A DNA stretch of 64,000 nt from a virus. Lineage: Duplodnaviria; Caudoviricetes. The stretch lies in the IMG/VR virus record IMGVR_UViG_3300025389_001063. One strand, written 5' to 3'. This document shows positions 56,946-64,000 of this stretch, one piece after another (the first letter of the stretch is position 1; the number at the start of each line of letters is the position of its first letter). The position numbers and the translations under genes were made by a program. The notes under the pieces were generated by a model, which saw only the letters and a program-made list of their open reading frames with translations, ran no database searches and had not been told where the DNA came from.

Positions 56946-57165
56946 GATATCAATAGCAATATTAGAAGATTTCATTAAAAAAGTTCGTCTTGCCTCTAAA
57001 GGTGGACAAAAAGAGATAAAAATACCTGTTTCCGAAGCAGAGAATATTGTACATAATCTCAGTCTATTAACTCTAAGAATTTTAGATAGATCTCAAAAAA
57101 TAGAACCAAAAGAAGAGGTTATAAGCATTGTTATGGATGGCGGGGGATTCGAAGAAAAGCGATAA
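56932..57165 (+). CDS. Hypothetical protein
   Basis: 77 aa, overlapping the upstream stop. Confidence 0.55.
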   Translation: MSTDKISIAILEDFIKKVRLASKGGQKEIKIPVSEAENIVHNLSLLTLRILDRSQKIEPKEEVISIVMDGGGFEEKR

Positions 57166-57194
57166 ATATTGTCATACTTATTAAGGAAGTATGA
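57162..57194 (+). promoter_or_regulatory. Late promoter plus hairpin over the SD/start
   Basis: ATAAATA 57162-68; TCATACTT(57172-79)/AAGTATGA(57187-94). Confidence 0.5.
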
Positions 57195-57490
57195 TCATGA
57201 GTCGTCCAAAGCCAACGGTAATATTAGAATATACTAATAAGAAGAATTATAAAGTAGAACAGATTCTAGACGCTGAGGCAATCTGGGCAGTATTCTATAA
57301 AAATCAACCTTTTAATTTGAAAAGCAGTTCACTTGTATCAAACTATCCAGGTCCAAAGTATAAAAAAACTTCATTCTCAAATCCAGGACACGCTCACAAT
57401 TTGGCTAAAAAGTTAAATACCATGTTCAAGTGTGAGGATTTTACGGTTGTTAAACTCACACAAGGTGAGACCGTAATATGCGAGGATTAA
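57191..57490 (+). CDS. Hypothetical protein
   Basis: 99 aa; start 57191 or 57197. Confidence 0.65.
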   Translation: MIMSRPKPTVILEYTNKKNYKVEQILDAEAIWAVFYKNQPFNLKSSSLVSNYPGPKYKKTSFSNPGHAHNLAKKLNTMFKCEDFTVVKLTQGETVICED

Positions 57491-57873
57491 AAGAAGTATA
57501 TACTAAAATATTTCTATCACAAACTGGATTACCATCAGATCCGGATTCTGTCCACAAATACATTTTTAAATGGTGGAAGAATCCTCGAGAAAAATTAAAC
57601 TCTGGCCTTACCTTAACTGAAGAAGGATTTGAATTTCTCGTAACTAAACTTGGACTTAAATGCTATAGAGTTCCATTTCCAAAAGATTTTGAATTTACTG
57701 TACAAGTTGTACTTTGGTTAGACAAGTTTTTAGATTGTCCAAATTATTATAACAAAAAAGAAATATACGTATTTAAAGAAAAGAAAGCCGCGGAACTTCT
57801 TCTATTCTCTGGTGACGTCCGAAAATACGGACTAGCTAAAGCAATGGCTCGTCAACGTGAATTGGAACGTTGA
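57478..57873 (+). CDS. Hypothetical protein
   Basis: 131 aa; overlaps the upstream stop. Confidence 0.6.
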   Translation: MRGLKEVYTKIFLSQTGLPSDPDSVHKYIFKWWKNPREKLNSGLTLTEEGFEFLVTKLGLKCYRVPFPKDFEFTVQVVLWLDKFLDCPNYYNKKEIYVFKEKKAAELLLFSGDVRKYGLAKAMARQRELER

Positions 57874-57948
57874 CAGATAGATAAGTGTTGACGCACAGTC
57901 TATAGGTGTTATAGTAGCAATATAGACGGAAACAAAGGAGCCAACACA

Positions 57949-59031
57949 ATGTCCGATCTTAGCGTTCGCACCGTAAGCATTAATGGAGCCAAAGCGGCTC
58001 TCCGACACGCATTTTCTAAGCGTCGTCCAATTTTCATCTGGGGCCCCCCAGGCATTGGTAAATCCGATGCTATTCATCAGTTAGGTACTGAACTTGAATC
58101 TCATGTTATCGACGTTCGACTTTCACTTTGGGAACCCACTGATATTAAAGGTATTCCATATTATAATTCTAATGACAATACAATGTCGTGGGCACCTCCG
58201 GTAGAATTACCTACTGAGGAATTTGCTAAACAATTCAAAAACATTATCTTATTCTTAGACGAGATGAATTCGGCTCCGCCCGCGGTGCAGGCTGCGGCTT
58301 ACCAACTAATTCTTAACCGTCGAGTTGGTACTTACAAGTTGCCTGATAATGTGCTCGTCGTTGCCGCTGGTAACCGCGAGGCAGATAAAGGTGTTACGTA
58401 TCGTATGCCTGCACCGCTGAGCAATCGTTTTGTTCACTTAGAACTGCGAGTTGACTTTGAAGATTGGTTAAACTGGGCTGTTGATAACAAGATACATAAA
58501 GACGTTGTTGGTTACCTGTCATTTGCTAAACAGGACTTGTATGACTTTGATCCAAAGACTGCAAGCCGTTCGTTTGCTACACCGCGTTCTTGGCAGTTCG
58601 TTAGCGAATTGTTAGACGATGACATCAACGATTCTACTACAGCAGATCTTGTATCAGGTGCTGTCGGTGAAGGTACGGCTGTTAAATTTATGGCACACCG
58701 CAAGGTTGCTGGACGTATGCCTAATCCAACTGACATTTTACATGGCAAGGTTAAAGAACTTAAAGTTAAAGAGATCTCCGCTATGTATTCGTTAACAGTA
58801 TCTTTGTGCTACGAACTCAAAGATATTGCTCAGAAGAAAGACAAGAAGTTTGATGATTTTGCTGATAACTTCTTCCGCTTTATGATGGATAATTTTGAGA
58901 CTGAACTTGTAGTTATGGGTGCTAAAATTGCTCTTACTAACTATGACTTGCCTCTAGATCCAAGCAAGATGAAGAACTTTGACGAGTTCCACGATCGCTT
59001 TGGCAAGTATGTTATCGCTGCGAACCAGTGA
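57949..59031 (+). CDS. MoxR-type AAA+ ATPase
   Basis: WGPPGIGKS, FLDEMN, AAGNR, LSNRF, TPRSW; AAGGAG SD and TTGAC promoter boxes upstream. Confidence 0.85.
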   Translation: MSDLSVRTVSINGAKAALRHAFSKRRPIFIWGPPGIGKSDAIHQLGTELESHVIDVRLSLWEPTDIKGIPYYNSNDNTMSWAPPVELPTEEFAKQFKNIILFLDEMNSAPPAVQAAAYQLILNRRVGTYKLPDNVLVVAAGNREADKGVTYRMPAPLSNRFVHLELRVDFEDWLNWAVDNKIHKDVVGYLSFAKQDLYDFDPKTASRSFATPRSWQFVSELLDDDINDSTTADLVSGAVGEGTAVKFMAHRKVAGRMPNPTDILHGKVKELKVKEISAMYSLTVSLCYELKDIAQKKDKKFDDFADNFFRFMMDNFETELVVMGAKIALTNYDLPLDPSKMKNFDEFHDRFGKYVIAANQ

Positions 59032-59042
59032 TGTTGGCAAGT

Positions 59043-59073
59043 GCCGTAGGAGGTTGAAAAAATCTCCTACGGT
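59043..59073 (+). terminator. Strong hairpin after the MoxR gene
   Basis: GCCGTAGGAGGTT-GAAAA-AATCTCCTACGGT (13-bp stem with two G-U pairs); no U tract. Confidence 0.5.
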
Positions 59074-59104
59074 GCTATATACATTTACATATTAGGAGAG
59101 TTCC

Positions 59105-60811
59105 ATGCTCACATATAAAGCACCTGTTGAAGAATCGTTATTTCTTATAAAAGATGTTCTTAAAGTTGATAATGATTTGTTAGAGCCTATTATTCAAGAA
59201 GCCGCTAAACTCGCTGAAGAAGTTATTGCTCCTACAAATCAAGAAGGTGACAACGTAGGTTGTTTTTGGACTAATGGTCCTGGATTAGAATATCCAGAAG
59301 TTGTAACTACTCAATCATTTAAAGAACCATGGAAACAATTTACAGAAGGTGGGTGGTGCGGATTAAATGTTCCAGAAGAATATGGAGGTCAAGGACAACC
59401 TTACCTTCTTGCTGCTGTTGTAAACGAATTTGTATCAGCAGCAAATATGTCATTTGGTCTATTTCCAGGTCTTACTCGTGGAGCAATCCAAGCACTATTA
59501 GAAGTTGCTACAGAAGAACAAAAACAAAAATACATTCCTATGATGGCTTCTGGTAAATGGACCGGCACTATGAATCTTACCGAACCGCATTGCGGAACTG
59601 ATCTCGGTTTGTTAAAGACAAAATCTATTCCAAATGAAGATGGAACATATTCTATTACTGGACAAAAGATTTTTATTAGTGCTGGTGATCACGATTTAAG
59701 TGAAAATATTATTCATCTTGTTCTTGCTCGTATCGAAGGAGCATCAGCAGGAACTAAAGGTATTAGTCTATTCATTGTTCCTAAATTCTTAGAAAATAAT
59801 GAAAGAAATAAAGTTACATGTGGAGCTATTGAAAAAAAGATGGGCATACATGGAAGTCCAACTTGTCAGATGTTTTTTGACAATGCCACAGGATACTTGT
59901 TAGGAGAGAAAGGAAAAGGTCTCATTCATATGTTTATTATGATGAATGAGGCAAGACTCGGAGTTGCTGTTCAAGGGTTAGGACAGAGTGATCTTGCTTA
60001 TCAAAATGCTGTTAAATATGCTATAGACCGATTACAAGGAAGATCATTAACTGGTGTTAAAAATGAACAAGGACCTGCTGATCCTATTATCGTTCATCCT
60101 GATGTTCGCCGTATGCTTATGGACATAAAATCTGTTAACATGCCAGGACGTTTGTTAATTTATAAGGCTGCTTTGCTTTGCGATAAGAAAGACGATCAAT
60201 CACAAGATATTCTCGGACTAATGACTCCTATCCTTAAAGGTGTTATGTCTGATTATGGTTTTGAAAATGCTGTAAAGGCACAACAGGTTTTTGGAGGACA
60301 CGGTTATATCAAAGAATGGGGCATGGAACAGATTGTTCGCGATGCTCGTATTGCCCAAATCTACGAAGGTGCTAATGGCATTCAAGCATTAGATCTAGTT
60401 GGACGTAAACTTCCAAAGAATATGGGTAGAGCAGTTCGTACTCAATTCAAACTTTTTGAAGAACAACTTGAAAAAGATTTGAATAACGAAAATGTAAACA
60501 AATGGGCATACTTTGTTGAGAGAGCATATCAAGATCTTAAGAAGGCTACAAATTGGCTTGTCCAAAATGGTATGAAAAATCCAGATAATGCTGGAAGTGC
60601 CTCATACGATTATATGAAACTTTTTGGACTTGTTTATATGGGATTTGCTTGGCTCGATATTATTAAAATCGCACAAGAAAAGAATATGAAAGACAAACTA
60701 ATTATGGCAGATTATTTTGTTGATCGTATTCTCCCAGAAACTTCGTTTCTTTGGAGCAAAATAGAAAGTGGATCTAAAAGCATGATGGATCTACCAGTTG
60801 ACAAGTTCTAA
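59105..60811 (+). CDS. Acyl-CoA dehydrogenase (long, DmdC/FadE-like)
   Basis: TMNLTEPHCGTDL, GQKIFIS, KMGIHGSPTC, MMNEARL, QVFGGHGY, RDARIAQIYEGANGIQA. Confidence 0.9.
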   Translation: MLTYKAPVEESLFLIKDVLKVDNDLLEPIIQEAAKLAEEVIAPTNQEGDNVGCFWTNGPGLEYPEVVTTQSFKEPWKQFTEGGWCGLNVPEEYGGQGQPYLLAAVVNEFVSAANMSFGLFPGLTRGAIQALLEVATEEQKQKYIPMMASGKWTGTMNLTEPHCGTDLGLLKTKSIPNEDGTYSITGQKIFISAGDHDLSENIIHLVLARIEGASAGTKGISLFIVPKFLENNERNKVTCGAIEKKMGIHGSPTCQMFFDNATGYLLGEKGKGLIHMFIMMNEARLGVAVQGLGQSDLAYQNAVKYAIDRLQGRSLTGVKNEQGPADPIIVHPDVRRMLMDIKSVNMPGRLLIYKAALLCDKKDDQSQDILGLMTPILKGVMSDYGFENAVKAQQVFGGHGYIKEWGMEQIVRDARIAQIYEGANGIQALDLVGRKLPKNMGRAVRTQFKLFEEQLEKDLNNENVNKWAYFVERAYQDLKKATNWLVQNGMKNPDNAGSASYDYMKLFGLVYMGFAWLDIIKIAQEKNMKDKLIMADYFVDRILPETSFLWSKIESGSKSMMDLPVDKF

Positions 60812-60849
60812 TAATATGCTATTATACTTGTATAACACGGAGATGTCTA

Positions 60850-62094
60850 ATGTCTACAGAAGTTGCTGAAAAACCAAAATCCAAAGTTGATCACCGTAAA
60901 ATTGAAGAAAAACTAATTACTGCTCGAGTTGGTCTACTTCTACGTCATTCATTCTTTGGTAATATGGCAACTCGTTTACGTATGGTAAATTGTGAGAACG
61001 ATTCGTTTATTAAAACTGCTGCTACAGACGGACGTCACTTTTATTATGCTCCAGAGTTTATTGATACCTTAAATCCAAAACAAACTGAGTTTGTCTTTGC
61101 TCACGAAGTACTACATAATGTGTTTGAGCATATGTTCCGCCGAGGAGACCGTGATCCTCAAATTTGGAACATTGCTACAGACTATGCTATCAATCAAATC
61201 CTTGTAGACGAGAAGATTGGTGAAAAGGTTTCACAAATTAAAATCTTCCAAGATAACAAATATCGTGGTAAGAGTGCTGAAGAAATCTACGACGAGATCT
61301 TTGAGAAATATGATATGGAACAATTACAGCAATTGGGTGAATTGTTAGACCAACATATGGATCCAGATAAGGATGGACAAGGAGAAGGCAAAGAAGGCGA
61401 AGGCAAATCCAAACGTGTTCAGTATAGCAAAGAAGAATTAAAAAAGATCCGCGATGAAATCAAAGAGGCTATGATTAGTGCTGCACAGAGTGCCGGTGCT
61501 GGCAATATTCCTGCCGGTGTGCGTCGTATGATTCAGGAGTTAACTGAACCAAAGATTAACTGGCGTGAATTATTAAAACAACAAATTCAAAGCACTATCC
61601 GTAACGACTACACCTGGATGCGTCCTTCACGCAAAGGTTGGCACACTGGTGCTATTCTTCCAGGTATGAATTTTGATCAAACTATCGATATTTGCGTTTG
61701 TGTTGATATGTCGGGGTCAATTACTAACGAGATGGGTAGAGATTTTTTAAGTGAAATCAAAGGTATCATGGATCAATTTAAAGACTTCAAATTGAAACTG
61801 TGGACTTTTGATACAGAAGTTTACGATCCAATTGATATTACTGCCGATAATATTCAAGACTTTGATTCGTACGAACTTAAGGGAGGTGGTGGAACTGACT
61901 TTGATGTTAACTGGATTTTTATGAAAGATGAACAAATCGTTCCTAAGAAATTCATTATGTTTACCGACGGTTATCCGTGGGGTTCGTGGGGCGACGAAGA
62001 TTATTGCGACACAATCTTTATTATCCACGGTCCAGAAACTATTAAGCCACCGTTTGGTACATATAGTCACTATGAATTTAGTAAACACTCATGA
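60850..62094 (+). CDS. Metallopeptidase-like (HExxH) plus vWA domain protein, MoxR partner
   Basis: AHEVLH; DMSGS (MIDAS); GGGGTDF; FTDG. Confidence 0.85.
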   Translation: MSTEVAEKPKSKVDHRKIEEKLITARVGLLLRHSFFGNMATRLRMVNCENDSFIKTAATDGRHFYYAPEFIDTLNPKQTEFVFAHEVLHNVFEHMFRRGDRDPQIWNIATDYAINQILVDEKIGEKVSQIKIFQDNKYRGKSAEEIYDEIFEKYDMEQLQQLGELLDQHMDPDKDGQGEGKEGEGKSKRVQYSKEELKKIRDEIKEAMISAAQSAGAGNIPAGVRRMIQELTEPKINWRELLKQQIQSTIRNDYTWMRPSRKGWHTGAILPGMNFDQTIDICVCVDMSGSITNEMGRDFLSEIKGIMDQFKDFKLKLWTFDTEVYDPIDITADNIQDFDSYELKGGGGTDFDVNWIFMKDEQIVPKKFIMFTDGYPWGSWGDEDYCDTIFIIHGPETIKPPFGTYSHYEFSKHS

Positions 62095-62375
62095 GAGAAT
62101 TTAAAGTTAACCCTCTCAATGTAATAGGAAGCAGGCGTCAAGAGTGCCTGCTTCCTCATATGGAACCTATGACTGCGCCAGTTAATGGATTATATCGTCA
62201 TGATATAATCGCATGGATAGATTCTAATCTAAAAGGAAGATATTGGATAGGATCTCTTACAAAATTAGAAGATAATAGAATTGTTTCATACGATGCTATT
62301 GCGTTTGAAGATCCACACGAATCAACTTTATTTTTATTAAGTTGTCCTCATTTGGCCAAAAATAAGGTAGCATAA
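62091..62375 (+). CDS. Hypothetical protein
   Basis: ATGA coupling. Confidence 0.55.
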   Translation: MREFKVNPLNVIGSRRQECLLPHMEPMTAPVNGLYRHDIIAWIDSNLKGRYWIGSLTKLEDNRIVSYDAIAFEDPHESTLFLLSCPHLAKNKVA

Positions 62376-62421
62376 TCCTCTTTCTGATTATATAATACAA
62401 AGACATAACAAGGAGTTACAC

Positions 62422-62676
62422 ATGTCTGATGAAGTTAATACAAACGACGCTCAAAATAATCCTGCTGCAAATGCACCAGCTCAAGACTCTGCTGATCTTG
62501 GATTACAAGACTTAGTTGCTATCAAATCAATTATCGATGTTGCTAGCGGTCGAGGTGCTTTTAAACCAAATGAAATGGTTGCTGTTGGTACTATTTACAG
62601 CAAGTTAGAAAGATTTCTAGAGGCTGCACAGAAACAAAGTCAGTTAGCACAAAACCAGGTTGTTCCTAATGCTTAA
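62422..62676 (+). CDS. Hypothetical protein
   Basis: AAGGAG SD; TATAAT at 62391. Confidence 0.6.
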   Translation: MSDEVNTNDAQNNPAANAPAQDSADLGLQDLVAIKSIIDVASGRGAFKPNEMVAVGTIYSKLERFLEAAQKQSQLAQNQVVPNA

Positions 62677-63313
62677 ACATATTGGCAAAATGAAGCACAA
62701 CGATGCTAAGGTTTGTGTAGTATATAGAACCTTACCTGGAGATGCTCATAGTGCCTTAGTAATCGGAACATCAAGTCTTATTGACGGTTATCATAATACT
62801 CTTATGAGTGTTGTTGAAAGTCAAGAAGGACAACAGGCTAATGAACTAGGAGATGCTCTATCAACACGTTTTTTCTCTGATGGGACAAATATTTTAGAAC
62901 AACTCCATTTAACTGGAAAATTAGTTAAGGTATCAACTGACAAAGTTTGGATGCTTCCGACGCCTTCTACTCAAATTTCATTAGATGAACTCAATCTTAT
63001 GATTGCTGAACAAAAAGGTGTTTCTTTAGATGATCTTTCAATCAAAGACGACATGCCTCATGTTAAAAAGAATGGAGAAAAAGAAGTTAGACTTCAAGAG
63101 ATTGATCTTACAAAAGACAATACAGAAGTTGACACATCTAATGAATTGCTAGAAGAATCAGTAGAAACAGAGTTACCTTCTGCTAGTAGTTATCGATCAC
63201 AAGCAGATAAACTCTATAAGGAAGCAGCCAGACTAAGAAAATTAGCGGACGAATTAGACCCTCCCAAAAATAAGAAGAAGATCAGTGCCAAAAAAAACGA
63301 GCAAACCGCTTAA
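62669..63313 (+). CDS. Hypothetical protein
   Basis: Likely start MLKHIGKMK. Confidence 0.6.
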   Translation: MLKHIGKMKHNDAKVCVVYRTLPGDAHSALVIGTSSLIDGYHNTLMSVVESQEGQQANELGDALSTRFFSDGTNILEQLHLTGKLVKVSTDKVWMLPTPSTQISLDELNLMIAEQKGVSLDDLSIKDDMPHVKKNGEKEVRLQEIDLTKDNTEVDTSNELLEESVETELPSASSYRSQADKLYKEAARLRKLADELDPPKNKKKISAKKNEQTA

Positions 63314-63605
63314 TCAAGACTTAATTGATCAATGGCCAGAAATCTTAGGAGATGTAAATTTAGACGCTATACCTATATTTTATCTTCATAGTGTAGTAAT
63401 TACGTTCCAGGATGGAAACGTCTGGAACGTAGTTCTCAAAAAAGAACATAAAGAATCGGATGGAGAAAAATTTACAGAAACATTAAACGAACTTTTTCAA
63501 AATTATGAAAAACAAATACAACATGTTGACTTTAGATTAGATATTGAAAAACTTAAAAAAGATATTATTAAATCTACTAATCAATTTACAAAGAGAAAAA
63601 GATGA
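63285..63605 (+). CDS. Hypothetical protein
   Basis: GTG start; 106 aa. Confidence 0.55.
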   Translation: MPKKTSKPLNQDLIDQWPEILGDVNLDAIPIFYLHSVVITFQDGNVWNVVLKKEHKESDGEKFTETLNELFQNYEKQIQHVDFRLDIEKLKKDIIKSTNQFTKRKR

Positions 63606-64000
63606 CTTTACGTAACGAAATAGATTTTGCTAACGACCCTAACTACGTTCCAGTTCTTGATCACGGTTTTGTAGGATTAGTAGATTATATGGGCAGTGAT
63701 GATGCTATTGTACAAGCAGCCCGTGTTAGTTATGGTAAAGGTACTAAAAGTGTAAACACAGATCGAGGCTTAATACGCTACCTCATGCGTCACGAGCATA
63801 CAACTCCTTTCGAAATGTGTGAAGTTAAATTTCATATTAAATTACCTATATTTGTAATGCGTCAATTAGTAAGACACAGAACAGCAAGTATGAATGAATA
63901 TTCTGCTCGCTATTCTGTGATTACTGATGAATTTTATATTCCACAACACGATCAATTAAAAGAACAGAGTGCAAATAATAAACAAGGCCGAGATGACGAT
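63602..64000 (+). CDS. thyX: Flavin-dependent thymidylate synthase, 3' truncated by the window end (not in the ORF track)
   Basis: [47 protein letters not shown] (ThyX signature). Confidence 0.95.
   Translation, partial: MTLRNEIDFANDPNYVPVLDHGFVGLVDYMGSDDAIVQAARVSYGKGTKSVNTDRGLIRYLMRHEHTTPFEMCEVKFHIKLPIFVMRQLVRHRTASMNEYSARYSVITDEFYIPQHDQLKEQSANNKQGRDDD

Noticed and set aside
1-64000. Giant eukaryotic virus (NCLDV) origin suggested by RFC, PolB, ALAS, collagen and DnaJ
   Set aside because: SD sequences, sigma70-like and T4-late-like promoters, ATGA-coupled operons, peptide deformylase, GroES, PhoH and tail fibres indicate a bacteriophage.
1-64000. Stop-codon reassignment
   Set aside because: Recognisable enzymes are full length in the standard code, and TAA, TAG and TGA all terminate genes at coupled junctions.
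1-64000. tRNA, rRNA, tmRNA or integrase/transposase genes
   Set aside because: Intergenic gaps are mostly under 100 nt, and no cloverleaf or recombinase motif was recognised by eye; a tRNAscan/Infernal run would be definitive.

Overview
A 64-kb, AT-rich, gene-dense slice of a large tailed-phage genome with T4-like features (probable jumbo myovirus). The 5-aminolevulinate synthase, acyl-CoA dehydrogenase and GapR/DsbA-like genes point, by inference, to an alphaproteobacterial host. Left to right: (1) virion/baseplate genes; (2) an early cluster with a truncated DnaE-like piece, a cobalamin radical SAM enzyme, GroES, MazG, clamp loader, PhoH, DnaJ, peptide deformylase and ClpA; (3) modular tail-fibre/lectin genes; (4) about ten late genes sharing a T4 capsid-targeting-like N-terminal motif, including nucleotidyltransferase, ligase-like, NMNAT-like and HAD enzymes plus an apparent polyprotein; (5) a collagen-repeat fibre, ALA synthase and a GT25 enzyme; (6) family B polymerase, sliding clamp and a 7-deazaguanine-type modification locus (TGT/DpdA, atypical QueD-like protein, glycosyltransferase, FolE, PRTase, QueE; no QueC); (7) RNase H/FEN, a MoxR-vWA pair split by an acyl-CoA dehydrogenase, and the start of ThyX. 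Two promoter classes recur: sigma70-like TTGACN-N17-TANANT and T4-late-like ATAA(A/G)TA. Several lie at leaderless distance from ATG or inside RBS-occluding hairpins. No tRNA, rRNA, CRISPR, integrase or reverse transcriptase was recognised. All family calls come from motif reading, not database searches.
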